Positions 39,951 to 51,587 of a DNA stretch of 64,000 nucleotides are shown in pieces. Source of the DNA: Gemmatimonadales bacterium (GTDB lineage: Bacteria > Gemmatimonadota > Gemmatimonadetes > Gemmatimonadales > GWC2-71-9); NCBI GenBank assembly GCA_037189525.1, contig JBBCJC010000003.1, positions 544,001 to 608,000 on the forward strand. The letters are read 5' to 3'. Each line of letters opens with the position of its first letter. Positions within the stretch are counted from its first letter, which is position 1. A model generated the notes under the pieces. That model had not been told where the DNA came from and ran no database searches. It saw only the letters and a list, made by a program, of their open reading frames with translations. Position numbers and translations under genes: made by a program.

Positions 39951-42032
39951 GTGCATCGTATCGAAACGACTTTTGCCGGGCGGCCGTTGCTGCTCGAAAC
40001 CGGCCGTCTGGCCAAACAGGCCGCGGGCTCCGTGCTGGCGCAGTTCGGAGAAACCGTCGTGTTGGCCTCCGTGACGGTGAGCAGCCGCGAATCGTCGCTG
40101 CCGTTTTTTCCGCTGACCGTCGAGTATCGCGAGAAGAGCTACGCAGCTGGCAAGATCCCCGGCGGCTTCCTCAAGCGCGAAGGCCGTCCGAGCGACGACG
40201 AGATTCTGGCGGCGCGCATCATCGACCGCTCGATTCGTCCGCTCTTTCCCGAAGGCTTCAAGAACGAAGTCCAGGTCTTCGTGACGGTCGTCTCGGCCGA
40301 TCAGGAGCACGGCGCCGATGTGCTTGGTGCGCTGGCGGCGTCGGCGGCGCTGGCCATCTCGCCGGTGCCGTTCAACGGACCGATCGCGACGGTACGGGTC
40401 GGCCGGGTCGAAGGCAAGTGGATTCTGAACCCGACCTTCCACCAGCTCGAGTTCTCCGATCTCGACGTGACGGTGAGCGGGAACGGTGAGTCGATCGGCA
40501 TGGTCGAGGGCGGTTCGGCCGAAGTGTCCGAAAGCGATGTGATCGAAGCGCTCAAGGTCGCCCAGAAGGGGATCCGCGAGCTGCGTGGCCACATCGAGAC
40601 GCTGGTGGCCAAGGAGGGCAAGCCCAAGATGACGTGGACCCGCGCGGAGCCGGACGCGGTGCTCGTCAAGCGGGTGCGCGAGCTGGCCGAGAAGGACATG
40701 GCCAAGGCGATCAACCACAAGGACAAGGCGGGCCGGGCCGGTCAGGTGCGGGCCATTCGCGACGCGGCGGCCGCCGTGCTTGCCGTCGAGTTCCCGGACA
40801 AGATCAAGGACGCCGACGCCGAGCTCGACGAGATCGAGTACCGGGTCATGCGCGGCCAGGTGCTCGACAAGGGCGAGCGGATCGACGGGCGCGATCTCGA
40901 GACGGTTCGTCCGATCTCGATCGAAGCCGGCATCCTGCCGCGCACCCACGGCTCCGCGCTCTTTACCCGCGGCGAAACGCAGGCGCTGGTGGCGGTGACG
41001 CTGGGCACCTCGGACGACGAGCAGCGGATCGACTCGATCAACGTGGCGGGTGAGTCGACCAAGTCGTTCATGCTGCACTACAACTTCCCGCCGTACTCGA
41101 CCGGTGAAGTGCGTCCGATCCGCGGCACCAGCCGTCGTGAAGTGGGCCATGGTGCGCTGGCCGAGCGGGCGTTGCAGGCGGTGCTGCCGGGCTTCGATGC
41201 TTTCCCGTACACGCTGCGGGTGGTGTCCGAGATCCTCGAGTCCAACGGCTCGTCCTCGATGGCGACGGTCTGCGGCGGCTCGCTGGCGCTGATGGATGCG
41301 GGCGTCCCGATCAAGGCGCCGTGCGCAGGTGTCGCGATGGGGTTGATCACCGACGGCAAGCGGGTGGCGGTGCTCACCGACATCCTCGGCACCGAGGATC
41401 ACCTGGGCGACATGGACTTCAAGGTGGCCGGAACGGAACAGGGCATCACCTCGATCCAGATGGACATCAAGATCTCGGGTCTGAGCCTCGAGATCATGAC
41501 CGATGCGCTGGAGCGGGCCCGTCGCGGCCGGCTGCACATCCTGGGCGAGATGAAGAAGGCGCTTGCTGCGCCGCGTCCGGAGCTGTCGAAGTACGCGCCC
41601 CGGATCTTCACGATGATGATCAAGCCGGACAAGATCGGCGACGTTATCGGTCCCAAGGGCAAGACCATCCGGGGCATCCAGGATGCCACGGGCGCCAAGA
41701 TCTCGATCGAGGATTCGGGTCTCGTCACCATCGCCGCCGTCGGTGGCGAAGCGGGCGACAAGGCGCGCGAGATGGTGTCGGCGCTGGTGGCGGAGCCCGA
41801 GGTCGGCAAGGTCTACGAAGGCCCGGTCAAGAGCACGACGGCGTTCGGCGCCTTCGTGGAAATCATGCCCGGCGTCGAAGGCTTGCTGCACATCAGCGAA
41901 CTGCAGCATGGCCGGACCGAGAAGACCGAAGACGTGGTCAAGAAGGGCGACATCGTGCGAGTCCAGCTCCTCGAGGTGGATGATCGGGGCCGCATGAAGT
42001 TGTCGCGGAAAGCGCTCCTGCCCAAGGAGTGA
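39951..42032 (+). CDS. pnp: Polyribonucleotide nucleotidyltransferase
   Basis: ETGRLAKQA, DRSIRPLFP, HGSALFTRGETQ, SNGSSSMA, GDMDFKVAG; KH and S1 domains. Confidence 0.97.
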   Translation: MHRIETTFAGRPLLLETGRLAKQAAGSVLAQFGETVVLASVTVSSRESSLPFFPLTVEYREKSYAAGKIPGGFLKREGRPSDDEILAARIIDRSIRPLFPEGFKNEVQVFVTVVSADQEHGADVLGALAASAALAISPVPFNGPIATVRVGRVEGKWILNPTFHQLEFSDLDVTVSGNGESIGMVEGGSAEVSESDVIEALKVAQKGIRELRGHIETLVAKEGKPKMTWTRAEPDAVLVKRVRELAEKDMAKAINHKDKAGRAGQVRAIRDAAAAVLAVEFPDKIKDADAELDEIEYRVMRGQVLDKGERIDGRDLETVRPISIEAGILPRTHGSALFTRGETQALVAVTLGTSDDEQRIDSINVAGESTKSFMLHYNFPPYSTGEVRPIRGTSRREVGHGALAERALQAVLPGFDAFPYTLRVVSEILESNGSSSMATVCGGSLALMDAGVPIKAPCAGVAMGLITDGKRVAVLTDILGTEDHLGDMDFKVAGTEQGITSIQMDIKISGLSLEIMTDALERARRGRLHILGEMKKALAAPRPELSKYAPRIFTMMIKPDKIGDVIGPKGKTIRGIQDATGAKISIEDSGLVTIAAVGGEAGDKAREMVSALVAEPEVGKVYEGPVKSTTAFGAFVEIMPGVEGLLHISELQHGRTEKTEDVVKKGDIVRVQLLEVDDRGRMKLSRKALLPKE

Positions 42033-43285
42033 CCGTGGCTCGGGAGCAACTCGACGAGCGGCTCTACCAGACCACCGCACCGAACGGCCTCGTGGTGCTC
42101 ACCGAGCACTTGCCGGGGCTCCGATCCGTGGCGGCAGGCATCTGGTTCCGCTCGGCGAGTGGTCACGAGCGGCGCGAGCAGATGGGGATTGCCCATCTGC
42201 TCGAGCACATGGTGTTCAAAGGGACCGAGCGGCGGACGGCCAAGGAATTGGCCCATGCGCTCGAAGTGCGCGGCGGCGGCCTCGACGCGTACACCAGCCG
42301 AGATCATACCAGCTTTCAAGCGCATGTCCTCGACCAGGACCTTCCACTTGCCGTGGAGGTTCTGAGCGATCTGGTGCGCCGTCCGCTCCTGCGGGCGGAG
42401 GATCTCGAACTCGAGCGCAACGTCGTGCTCGAGGAGATCAAGGGCGTCGAGGATACCCCGGACGACCTGGTCTTCGATCTGGCCTCCGCGGCGCTCTGGC
42501 CGTCGCATCCGTACGGTTACTCGATTCTGGGCACGCCGGACACCGTGAGCGCGCTGTCGGCGGCCGATCTGGCGGCCTTCCATCGCGCGGCGTACCATCC
42601 GCGAAACGCGGTCATCGCCGCAGCGGGCAACGTCGACCATGATCAGTTGCTGGATCACCTGGCCGCCGAAGGGTGGTTCGAGACTTCGCTCGATGGCGAG
42701 CGGACCCCTCCGGTGGTACCGGCTCCCGCGCGCCGCGGCGACAACGCGATGGTGCCGCGGGAGACCGCGCAGGCGCACCTGGTCCTGGGGACCGATACCT
42801 TCGCGTCGCGCGATCCGCGGCGCTACGCGCTGGCCATTCTGATCAATCTGCTGGGTGGCGGGATGTCGAGCCGGCTGTTCCAGCGGGTGCGGGAACAACT
42901 GGGCCTGGCGTACGCGATCTATGCGTATCAGCAGGCCTACCGGTCGACTGGCTTGCTGGGCATCTACGTGGCGACCCAACCCGCCGCGGCGCTGCGCGCC
43001 CGGGAGGCGATTGCGGTCGAGCTCGAACAGCTGGCAGCTGGGGGCTTGAGTGACACGGAGCTGGCCGACGGTAAACGGCAGTTGCAGGGCCAGCTGATGC
43101 TGGCATTGGAAAACCCGTCGAGCCGGATGCACCGGCTGGCGGGTTTCGTGCTCAATGACGATCGATACCGTAAATTGGACGAAGTCCTGGCGGCTATCGA
43201 CGCAGTGAGCCGGGAGGACGCGCTCGCGGTTGCCGGAGAGTTTCTGGCGCCGGAGCGGATGACCGTAGTACAGTTGGGCGGCTGA
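42029..43285 (+). CDS. M16 family zinc peptidase
   Basis: Inverted zinc motif [21 protein letters not shown]. Confidence 0.92.
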   Translation: MTVAREQLDERLYQTTAPNGLVVLTEHLPGLRSVAAGIWFRSASGHERREQMGIAHLLEHMVFKGTERRTAKELAHALEVRGGGLDAYTSRDHTSFQAHVLDQDLPLAVEVLSDLVRRPLLRAEDLELERNVVLEEIKGVEDTPDDLVFDLASAALWPSHPYGYSILGTPDTVSALSAADLAAFHRAAYHPRNAVIAAAGNVDHDQLLDHLAAEGWFETSLDGERTPPVVPAPARRGDNAMVPRETAQAHLVLGTDTFASRDPRRYALAILINLLGGGMSSRLFQRVREQLGLAYAIYAYQQAYRSTGLLGIYVATQPAAALRAREAIAVELEQLAAGGLSDTELADGKRQLQGQLMLALENPSSRMHRLAGFVLNDDRYRKLDEVLAAIDAVSREDALAVAGEFLAPERMTVVQLGG

Positions 43286-43340
43286 AGGTTCCGGCCGCTC
43301 CGGACGTAAACCAACTTTGTCGCAACAGGTGGAGACGGGC

Positions 43341-44453
43341 ATGATCATCGGCGTACCGAAGGAGATCAAGACCAATGAGAATCGGATCGCATTGGTCCCG
43401 GCTGGTGCGGAGCTACTGACGGAGACGGGTAATACGGTCTACATCGAGAAGGGGGCCGGGCTGGGGAGCGGCTTCACCGATGAGGACTATGTGGGCGCCG
43501 GCGCGAAGATCCTCGACACCGCGGACGAGGTCTGGGCCAAGGCCGACATGATCATGAAGGTCAAGGAGCCGATCGCGGTCGAGTGGCCGCGGATGCGCGC
43601 CGGACAGGTCATCTACACCTACTTCCATTTTGCGGCGTCGGAAGAACTGACCCGGGCCGTGATTGCCTCTGGCGCGATTGCGATTGCATACGAGACCGTG
43701 CAGTTACCGACCGGCGAGTTGCCGCTGCTCACGCCGATGTCCGAAGTGGCAGGCCGGATGGCGGTGCAGGAGGGGGCCAAGTACCTGGAGAAGGTCTACG
43801 GCGGCCGCGGTGTGCTGCTGGGTGGCGTGCCCGGTGTGCCGCCGGCAGACGTGATCATTCTGGGCGGTGGCGTGGTCGGCATCAATGCGGCCAAGATGGC
43901 GGCCGGCATGGGCGCCAATGTCACCATCATGGACCTGTCGCTCGATCGGTTGCGCTACCTCGACGACGTGCTGCCCGCTAACGTCACCACCCTCTATTCC
44001 AACCGCTACAACATCCTCGGCGCGATTCAGCGGGCCGATCTGGTGGTGGGTGCCGTGCTCTTGCCGGGTGCCAAGGCGCCGCGTCTGATCCGGCGTGAAG
44101 ACCTCAAGACGATGAAGCCGGGCGCGGTAGTGGTCGACGTTGCGGTCGACCAGGGCGGCTGTGTCGAAACGATCAAGCCGACCACGCACGAAGATCCGAT
44201 CTACTTCGTCGACGGTGTGCTGCATTACGCCGTGGCCAACATGCCGGGCGGCGTGCCGCGGACTTCGACGCTGGCGCTGACCAATGCCACGCTGCCGTAT
44301 GCCATTCCGCTGGCCAAGCTGGGCTGGCAGGAAGCCTGCCGCCGCGATCGCGCGCTGCAGCTCGGCCTCAACGTGGTCGAGGGCAAGGTGGTTTATCCCG
44401 GCGTCGCGGAGGCCTTCGGCCTGCCGCTGGTCGACGTCGGCGCGGTGTTGTAG
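43341..44453 (+). CDS. ald: Alanine dehydrogenase
   Basis: [39 protein letters not shown]. Confidence 0.96.
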   Translation: MIIGVPKEIKTNENRIALVPAGAELLTETGNTVYIEKGAGLGSGFTDEDYVGAGAKILDTADEVWAKADMIMKVKEPIAVEWPRMRAGQVIYTYFHFAASEELTRAVIASGAIAIAYETVQLPTGELPLLTPMSEVAGRMAVQEGAKYLEKVYGGRGVLLGGVPGVPPADVIILGGGVVGINAAKMAAGMGANVTIMDLSLDRLRYLDDVLPANVTTLYSNRYNILGAIQRADLVVGAVLLPGAKAPRLIRREDLKTMKPGAVVVDVAVDQGGCVETIKPTTHEDPIYFVDGVLHYAVANMPGGVPRTSTLALTNATLPYAIPLAKLGWQEACRRDRALQLGLNVVEGKVVYPGVAEAFGLPLVDVGAVL

Positions 44454-44556
44454 TATGCCGACCTGCCGGACGCACCGAGGGATGGTGCGTCCGGCCGGTC
44501 GATGCATTACAGGTCGTTCCCCCCTCGGTCAATCCGCTTCCTCCGCATCGACGACC

Positions 44557-44994
44557 ATGACGATTGTTCAGATTCAGCGACTCCCCCACGGTGCGGAGCT
44601 GCCGGTGCCAGCTCTGCAGACGGCAGGCTCGGCAGGTGCGGATATCGCGTCGGCCGACGAGGGCACTCTGGCCCCTGGCGAGCGGCGGATTTTCCGGACC
44701 GGTTTTGCGGTGGCGATTCCCACCGGGTTCGAAATCCAGCTCCGGCCGCGGTCCGGCCTTGCGGTCAAGCACGGCATCACCCTTCCCAACAGTCCGGCCA
44801 CCATCGATTCGGACTACCGCGGCGAACTCATGGTCGGCCTGGTCAATCTGGGCCAGGAGGCGTTTCAGGTGACCCGCGGTATGCGGATTGCCCAATTGGT
44901 ACTCGGGCGAGTCGAACCGGTGCAATTCGAACTGGTTGATTCGTTACCAGCGACGTCGCGGGGTGAGGGCGGCTTCGGGAGCACCGGCCTATAA
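44557..44994 (+). CDS. dut: dUTP diphosphatase
   Basis: SAGAD, RPRSGLA, TIDSDYRGE, RIAQL, RGEGGFGSTG. Confidence 0.96.
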   Translation: MTIVQIQRLPHGAELPVPALQTAGSAGADIASADEGTLAPGERRIFRTGFAVAIPTGFEIQLRPRSGLAVKHGITLPNSPATIDSDYRGELMVGLVNLGQEAFQVTRGMRIAQLVLGRVEPVQFELVDSLPATSRGEGGFGSTGL

Positions 44995-45071
44995 ATAGTT
45001 CGCCGTTCCATTGTTAAACGCCTCGCTCGGGCCCGGAGGGGCGGGGCGGAGTTGGGTCGGCTGGTGCAGCC

Positions 45072-45100
45072 TTGTCGAAGTTCTTGCCGGACATTAACTT
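45072..45100 (+). promoter_or_regulatory. Putative sigma70 promoter for the mre operon
   Basis: TTGTCG-N17-TAACTT. Confidence 0.5.
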
Positions 45101-45130
45101 GCGCATCGGCCGGGGGGCGTCAGCTATCTC

Positions 45131-46165
45131 ATGAAGTTTCCGTTCAAATTCAAGTCACTCATACCCGCGAACGAGATCGCCGTCGATCTCGGCACGGCTA
45201 ACACGTTGGTTTACGTCAAGGGCGAGGGGATCGTCCTCAACGAGCCATCGGTGGTGGCCATCGACCGGGGCAGCGGGGAACCCAAGGCGTTCGGGCTCGA
45301 TGCCAAACGGATGCTCGGGCGGACCCCCGAAGGGATCATCGCGGTCCGGCCGCTCAAGGACGGCGTGATCGCCGATTTCGAGCGGACCGAGAAGATGCTC
45401 CGGCATTTCCTCAGGACCATCATTTCGAAGCATTTCTTCCACGTCAAACCGATGGTGGTCGTCGCGGTCCCCTCCGGAATTACCGAGGTGGAACGCCGGG
45501 CCGTGCGTGACTCGGCCGAGACGGCGGGCGCCAAGGCGGTGTTCATGGTGGCGGAGCCGATGGCGGCTGCCATCGGAGTGGGGCTTCCGGTCGAAACCCC
45601 GACCGGCAACATGGTCATCGATATCGGCGGCGGCACGACCGAAATCGCCGTGATCGCGCTGTCCGGCATCGTCTGCGACACCTCGATCCGCACCGGCGGT
45701 GATGAGCTGGACCAGGCGATCGTCCAGTTCATGCGGAAGAACTACAACCTGCTGGTCGGTGAGCCGACCGCCGAAGCGATCAAGATCAAGATCGGGTCGG
45801 CCTACCCGACGGGGGACGAGCGGGAGATGGAGGTCAAGGGCCGCGACTTGGTCTCGGGGATCCCGAAAACGGTTCGGGTGCACTCGACCGAGGTGCGGGA
45901 GGCGGTCCAGGAACCGATTCAGCAGATCGTCGACGCGGTTCGCCGGGCTTTGGAGATCACCCCGCCTGAGCTCGCGGCCGACATCGTCGACCGGGGCATC
46001 GTGATGACGGGTGGTGGCGCGCTGATTCGCGGGCTCGATCTTCTTTTGCAGCAGGAAACCGGTCTCCCGATTCACGTCGATGAGGACCCCCTGACGTGCG
46101 TCGTCCGCGGTACCGGTCGCATTCTCGACGAGTACGACAAGTATCGGAATGTCCTGACGAGGTGA
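45131..46165 (+). CDS. mreB: Rod shape-determining protein MreB
   Basis: [33 protein letters not shown]. Confidence 0.97.
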   Translation: MKFPFKFKSLIPANEIAVDLGTANTLVYVKGEGIVLNEPSVVAIDRGSGEPKAFGLDAKRMLGRTPEGIIAVRPLKDGVIADFERTEKMLRHFLRTIISKHFFHVKPMVVVAVPSGITEVERRAVRDSAETAGAKAVFMVAEPMAAAIGVGLPVETPTGNMVIDIGGGTTEIAVIALSGIVCDTSIRTGGDELDQAIVQFMRKNYNLLVGEPTAEAIKIKIGSAYPTGDEREMEVKGRDLVSGIPKTVRVHSTEVREAVQEPIQQIVDAVRRALEITPPELAADIVDRGIVMTGGGALIRGLDLLLQQETGLPIHVDEDPLTCVVRGTGRILDEYDKYRNVLTR

Positions 46166-46166
46166 C

Positions 46167-47009
46167 ATGAGGCCGAGCCTGGGCCGGTCGCTGTCCCGGA
46201 GCGATACGTTCCTTCTCGCGGTGTGCCTGGTCCTGTCGCTCACCGCGCTGGCCTTGCCGTCGCGCTGGACCCAGGCGTTTGCTTCCTCGGTTCGATCGAC
46301 CGCCCTCGCCCCGCTCCTCTGGATTCAGACCAACGCCGAAGAGCAGCGCACCAGCCGGCTCCGGCTGCGCGCCATTGCCGAGGCTCGTGATTCGGCCGCG
46401 CTCGCGGCGCAGTCGCTGGCGGCGCTTTCGGCGGAGAACCAGCAGCTTCGCGCTCTGCTCGACCTCCGGCCCAAGGTGGGCTACCAGACGGTTGCCGCGG
46501 AGGTGCTCAGGCAGTCGCTGCCCACCGACGGCAGGACCTTGCTGATCGGGGCGGGGCAGTCGGCGGGCATCGCGGTCGGCGACCCGGTGGTCTCTCCCGA
46601 AGGCTTGATCGGTCTCGTGATCAGCGTGGACGTCGCGTCCTCGGTGGCGATGTCCTGGGCGCATCCGGATTTCGCGGTCGCCGCGGCTACGGAAGACGGG
46701 AGTGTCATGGGCATCGCGGCACCGATCAGTAATGTGGGGGCCAACGAGGCCTTTCTCGAGCTGCGCGGCGTGCCCTATCGCGATACCGTCGCGGTCGGTA
46801 CGCAGGTTTTGACGTCCGGTCTGACCGGGGTCTATCCCAAGGGCATCCCGATCGGTCGTGTCACCGGCGTTCGCCGCGAAGAGTTGGGGTGGGAGCGGAT
46901 CTATCGTCTCAATCCGCTGGCCAATCCGGCCCACGTGACGCACGTGCTGGTCTACCTGATTCGCAGCAGCAATCGATTGTCCATCGGCGAGGCCGATTCG
47001 AATCCATGA
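46167..47009 (+). CDS. mreC: Rod shape-determining protein MreC
   Basis: TM + coiled coil ENQQLRALL, GLIG, TSGLTGVYPKGIPIG. Confidence 0.92.
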   Translation: MRPSLGRSLSRSDTFLLAVCLVLSLTALALPSRWTQAFASSVRSTALAPLLWIQTNAEEQRTSRLRLRAIAEARDSAALAAQSLAALSAENQQLRALLDLRPKVGYQTVAAEVLRQSLPTDGRTLLIGAGQSAGIAVGDPVVSPEGLIGLVISVDVASSVAMSWAHPDFAVAAATEDGSVMGIAAPISNVGANEAFLELRGVPYRDTVAVGTQVLTSGLTGVYPKGIPIGRVTGVRREELGWERIYRLNPLANPAHVTHVLVYLIRSSNRLSIGEADSNP

Positions 47010-47500
47010 CGACGAGCCGGCGGGCCCAGCGATGGCGGGTCGGGGTCGTGATCGCGATCCTGGTAGCTGCGCATTTCTACGTCCGCCCCTGGTTCGGGCG
47101 GGCCGGGCCGGATCTGGTCATGCTCGCGCTGATGCTGGTCGCGATCCGGAGCCGGCCGGGGACGGCCGCCGTCGTCGGGTTCGTGGTTGGTCTCACGGCG
47201 GATATCCTCACCCCGGCGCGCTTCGGCGCCGGCGCGCTGGCGCACACCATCGTCGGGTACCTGGCGGCCTGGGGTCGCGCGGTATTTTTCCCGGACAATC
47301 TGCTGGTCAACGCCGGCCTGTTTGCCGCTGGCCTTTGGGTCCGAAACCTGATTGTATTGATCACCAGTTCGGCGACGCCCGGTGACCTGGCGGAATCGCT
47401 CCTGATCTGGTCGCCGATCCAGGCGTTGTCAACGGCCGTGGCGGGGGTGATCGTCGTGGTGATGTTCCGGGAATGGCTGGCCATCCGGCTGGAAGAATGA
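47006..47500 (+). CDS. mreD: Rod shape-determining protein MreD
   Basis: Hydrophobic, PDL and GFVVGLTAD motifs; between mreC and mrdA. Confidence 0.85.
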   Translation: MTTSRRAQRWRVGVVIAILVAAHFYVRPWFGRAGPDLVMLALMLVAIRSRPGTAAVVGFVVGLTADILTPARFGAGALAHTIVGYLAAWGRAVFFPDNLLVNAGLFAAGLWVRNLIVLITSSATPGDLAESLLIWSPIQALSTAVAGVIVVVMFREWLAIRLEE

Positions 47501-49368
47501 GCAGCGCGTTCAATCCTTTCCGGGTTCGTGAGCGGAGCGCCATTGCGACCTGGGTGCTTGCCGTGGTGTTCCTGCTGCTGATCGGAGCGTTCTTTCGTGC
47601 TCAGGTACTGAGCAGCGAGGACTTTCGCCGGCAGTCGGCCAACAATCGCCTCCGCCGGCTGACGCTGGCTTCCCCGCGTGGCATCATTTTCGACCGCCAC
47701 GGAGTTCCGATCGCCGAGAATGCGCCGGGGTACACGGTACGCCTGGTGGCGCGGACCGGATCGGGGCAGAGCCCGAAGGACTCGCTGCGCGCCGTCGTTC
47801 GGCGGATCGGCAAGTTGGTACCGATCAGCGAGGATCTGGAGGCGCAGGTGGTCCGCCGGTACGAGATTGCCCCGTTCCAGCCGGCGCTGGTCTTTGCCAA
47901 TGCGAGTCTCGAGACGGTGGCGGTGCTCGAGGAGCATCGCTATCTGCTGCCCGGCCTGGTGGTGCGCACCGAGCCGCGCCGATCGTATCCGGGCGGGTCG
48001 GCGGTGGCGCATCTGATCGGATATGTCACCGAGGTCTCCGACGACGACCTCGAGAAGAAACGGTATCCCGGCGCCAAAGCGGGCACGCTGGTCGGCAAAG
48101 ACGGGCTCGAGTCTCGCTACGATTCAATCGTGCGGGGCCTCGAAGGTGTCAGTTTCGTCGAGGTCGATGCCCGGGGCCGCATGGTGCGCGACGAGAGCCA
48201 GTCGCCGGCGCTCAAACCCGTAGCGGGCGAGCCGATCAAGACGACCATCGATCTCGGTCTCCAACTCTATACCGACAGTCTCTGGAACGCGGACTACGCA
48301 GGTAAGCGCGGCGGGGCGATCGCGATGATGCCCAACGGCGAGGTCCTGGCGCTCTACTCAGCGCCCACGTTCGATCCGAATGAATTCATCAGCGGGGTGT
48401 CGCCGCGCCGCTGGGGCGAACTCAATACCGACGAAGCGCGCCCGCTCCTCAACCGGGCCGTGCGCGGCTCGTTCCCGCCCGGCTCACCGTTCAAGCTGGT
48501 GACGGCCGCAGTGGCGCTCAAGCGGGGGCTGGTTGACTTCGATTCGCACATGCCGCAGTCGTGCACCGGCGGCCTGCGCTTCGGGAATCGGGTCTTCCAC
48601 TGCTGGAAGCGCAGCGGACACGGCTCGCTCGATCTGACCGGGGCGATTGCCAACAGCTGCAACGTCTACTTCTATCAGCTGGGCCTCAAGATCGGCCTCG
48701 ACAATCTCCTGAACGAAGTGACGGCAATGGGGCTCGGTCGCCCGACCGGCATCGATCTGGGCTCCGAACGCAGTTCCATTTTCCCGCCGTCGACCGCCTA
48801 CTACGACCGGCAGTACGGGTCGCGGGGCTGGAGCAACGCCGTCACCCTCAATCTGTCGATCGGGCAGGGGGAGAACGCCCAGACGCTGCTCAGCCAGGTG
48901 CGCTTCTACGCAGCGATGGCCGGCGACGGCGTCATCCCTACGCCGTACATCGTCAAGCCGCCCACCGATGCCCAGCGCTCACTGGGTCTCTCGCCGGAAC
49001 AGCTGCGTGGCTTGCGGAGCGCGATGCAGGCGGTGGTGGACCGGGGCACGGCGGCACGAAGCGGCGGGCGCGACATCCGGGTGGCCGGGAAGACGGGTAC
49101 GGCACAGAATCCCCACGGCGCGGATCACGGCTGGTTCGTTGCCTTCGCTCCGGCGGACGACCCCAAGATCGTGGTGGGCGCCATCATGGAGTTTGCCTTG
49201 CACGGTACGGTCGTGGCACCGTTCGTCGTCAAGGTGATTCGCCGCTATCTCGAAAGCCTCGATCCGTCGCTCGCGAAAGTAGACGTCCGGATCATGCTCC
49301 AGCCCGACTCCGCAACCACGGAGTCGGACCTGCCGGACGACTCGACCGGGCAGATTCGGGAGCCCTAG
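47497..49368 (+). CDS. mrdA: Penicillin-binding protein 2
   Basis: PRGIIFDR, SxxK (GSPFK), SxN (SCN), KTG. Confidence 0.94.
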   Translation: MSSAFNPFRVRERSAIATWVLAVVFLLLIGAFFRAQVLSSEDFRRQSANNRLRRLTLASPRGIIFDRHGVPIAENAPGYTVRLVARTGSGQSPKDSLRAVVRRIGKLVPISEDLEAQVVRRYEIAPFQPALVFANASLETVAVLEEHRYLLPGLVVRTEPRRSYPGGSAVAHLIGYVTEVSDDDLEKKRYPGAKAGTLVGKDGLESRYDSIVRGLEGVSFVEVDARGRMVRDESQSPALKPVAGEPIKTTIDLGLQLYTDSLWNADYAGKRGGAIAMMPNGEVLALYSAPTFDPNEFISGVSPRRWGELNTDEARPLLNRAVRGSFPPGSPFKLVTAAVALKRGLVDFDSHMPQSCTGGLRFGNRVFHCWKRSGHGSLDLTGAIANSCNVYFYQLGLKIGLDNLLNEVTAMGLGRPTGIDLGSERSSIFPPSTAYYDRQYGSRGWSNAVTLNLSIGQGENAQTLLSQVRFYAAMAGDGVIPTPYIVKPPTDAQRSLGLSPEQLRGLRSAMQAVVDRGTAARSGGRDIRVAGKTGTAQNPHGADHGWFVAFAPADDPKIVVGAIMEFALHGTVVAPFVVKVIRRYLESLDPSLAKVDVRIMLQPDSATTESDLPDDSTGQIREP

Positions 49369-50607
49369 ATGCGGACCACGCTCGATCGTCCGCTCCTGAT
49401 TACGCTGTTCCTGCTCTGCGGGTACGGCCTCGCCATGGTGTACTCGGCGGGGCAGACCGATGTGCCGTCGTTTGCGGAGCGAGCGTGGATTCGGCAGGCG
49501 GGCTGGATGGTCGTAGCGGTGATTGCCGCGTCGCTGTCGTTCCGGGTTTCGTTTCGGCTGCTCGAGTGGAGCGCGCCGCTCCTCTACGGGCTGGGTCTGG
49601 TGCTGCTGGTCGTCACCCTCCTGGTCGGAACCGGCGCCGGTACCGCAGCAAGCAGCAAGAGCTGGCTGGCCATCGGCGGGGTGCGCATCGGGCAACCGGT
49701 CGAACTCGCCAAGCTGGGCACCGTGCTCCTCCTGGCGCGCTATCTGTCCGGTCTCCGCCATGCGCCGGCGACCCTGCGCGACCTGGTCACCCCCGGACTG
49801 ATTGCCGGCGTGCCGTTTTTGCTGGTGCTCCGCCAGCCCGATCTGGGCAGCGCCATGGTTTTCATCGGCATCCTCTTTACGATGCTGTTCTGGGGCGGGG
49901 TGCGTCCGTCGCTGCTGCTGTTGCTGGCCTCGCCGATGGTGAGCCTGCTGCTCGCGGCCAATACGGCCTGGTGGGCCGGCTGGATCGTCCTCCTCACGGT
50001 ACTGCTGCTGGTTTGGCGCACCTATGTGAGCGAGGGGGTCTTCATCTGGCTCGTCAACGCCGCGATGGGCGTGCTGGCCATCATGCTGTGGGATCGCCTC
50101 AAGCCGCACCAGCAGCAACGTCTGGTCTCGTTTCTCAATCCCGCGGCCGACCCCGTCAACTCGGGCTACCAGGCGATTCAGTCCAAGGTGGCAATCGGAT
50201 CTGGCGGATGGTTCGGTAACGGCTGGCTCGAAGGACCGCAGAAGCGGCTGGCTTTTCTTCCGGAGCAACCGACCGACTTCATCTTCTCGGTCGTGGGGGA
50301 GGAAATGGGCTTCATCGGCGTGCTGGTGGCCCTGGCGTTGTTTTTTACCCTGTTCCTGATTCTGATTCGGGTGGCCCGCCGAGCGACCGACACATTCAGC
50401 AGCCTCGTCGTCTTCGGGGTGCTGGGAATGCTCTTTACCCACGTGTTCGAAAACGTGGGGATGACGATCAATCTGATGCCGATCACCGGTATTCCGCTGC
50501 CCTTCTTTTCGTACGGCGGCTCCTTCGTCCTGGCGTGCGGGCTGTCCATGGGGCTCGTTTTTCGGGTGGCGTGGGATGCCCGCTCCAGTGGCTATGTTGA
50601 GACATAG
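49369..50607 (+). CDS. rodA: Rod shape-determining protein RodA
   Basis: QPVELAK, QPDLG, TDFIFSVVGEE, PITGIPLPFFSYGGS. Confidence 0.95.
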   Translation: MRTTLDRPLLITLFLLCGYGLAMVYSAGQTDVPSFAERAWIRQAGWMVVAVIAASLSFRVSFRLLEWSAPLLYGLGLVLLVVTLLVGTGAGTAASSKSWLAIGGVRIGQPVELAKLGTVLLLARYLSGLRHAPATLRDLVTPGLIAGVPFLLVLRQPDLGSAMVFIGILFTMLFWGGVRPSLLLLLASPMVSLLLAANTAWWAGWIVLLTVLLLVWRTYVSEGVFIWLVNAAMGVLAIMLWDRLKPHQQQRLVSFLNPAADPVNSGYQAIQSKVAIGSGGWFGNGWLEGPQKRLAFLPEQPTDFIFSVVGEEMGFIGVLVALALFFTLFLILIRVARRATDTFSSLVVFGVLGMLFTHVFENVGMTINLMPITGIPLPFFSYGGSFVLACGLSMGLVFRVAWDARSSGYVET

Positions 50608-50711
50608 CAACAGGTTATCTGTCAAGGTCTGGCGCGAACCGACCCCGGCCGCCAGATTCCACCGCTCGATTTCATTTGTGGAGATGATCTTCTTGCGACC
50701 CGACGGCAGCG

Positions 50712-51587
50712 ATGGCCTGGTTTAGAAAAGAACGAAAGCCGCGGGCGTCTCAGCGCGCCCGGCTCGAGATCCCGAAAGACGCATGGGACAAGTGCGAGGC
50801 GTGCGATCACGTCGACATTCGGGAACGGTTCGAGCGGGCGCTCAACGTGTGCCCGGCTTGCGGCCACCATCGTCGGTTCACGGCCGAGGAGTATATCGAG
50901 CTGCTGACCGACGCGGGCACCTGGCGTGAGTTGAACACCAATCTCCGCGCGCTCGATCCGCTGTCGTTCGAGCACTATCCGGATCGGACCAAGCTGGCCC
51001 AGGCCAAGACCGGCCAGCTCGATGCGATGTACACCGGCCTGGCGCGTCTCGAATCGATTCCGATCCATCTCGGCGTGATGAACTTTGCCTTCATGGGCGG
51101 CTCGATGGGGTCGGTGGTCGGCGAGCGGATTGCCCGCCTGGCGCGTCGGTCGGCCGACAAAGGTGTCCCCCTCATTCTGGTCTGCTGCTCCGGCGGCGCC
51201 CGGATGCAGGAGGGGGTTTTCTCGCTGATGCAGATGGCCAAGACGTCGACCGCCATCGCGGAAGTGAAACGCGAAGGCGTGCCGTTCCTGACCCTGCTGA
51301 CCAACCCGACCACGGGCGGCGTCTCGGCGAGTTACGCCATGCAGGGCGATGTGATCCTGGCCGAGCCGGGCGCCGTGATCGGGTTTGCGGGACAACGCGT
51401 CATCAAACAGACCATCGGTCAGGATCTTCCCGAAGGATTTCAGACGGCGGAGTTCCTGCTGGAGCATGGTCAGATCGACGACGTGGTCCCTCGCGGCTCC
51501 CTCCGTGAGACGATCACCCGGCTCTTCCGCCACATGCTGGGACACAAGGCCGAAGCGCAAGCCGGAGGGCCGAGGGCCGACGGGTGA
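50712..51587 (+). CDS. accD: Acetyl-CoA carboxylase carboxyltransferase beta
   Basis: C4 zinc finger, FMGGSMG, SGGARMQEG, PTTGGVSAS. Confidence 0.96.
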   Translation: MAWFRKERKPRASQRARLEIPKDAWDKCEACDHVDIRERFERALNVCPACGHHRRFTAEEYIELLTDAGTWRELNTNLRALDPLSFEHYPDRTKLAQAKTGQLDAMYTGLARLESIPIHLGVMNFAFMGGSMGSVVGERIARLARRSADKGVPLILVCCSGGARMQEGVFSLMQMAKTSTAIAEVKREGVPFLTLLTNPTTGGVSASYAMQGDVILAEPGAVIGFAGQRVIKQTIGQDLPEGFQTAEFLLEHGQIDDVVPRGSLRETITRLFRHMLGHKAEAQAGGPRADG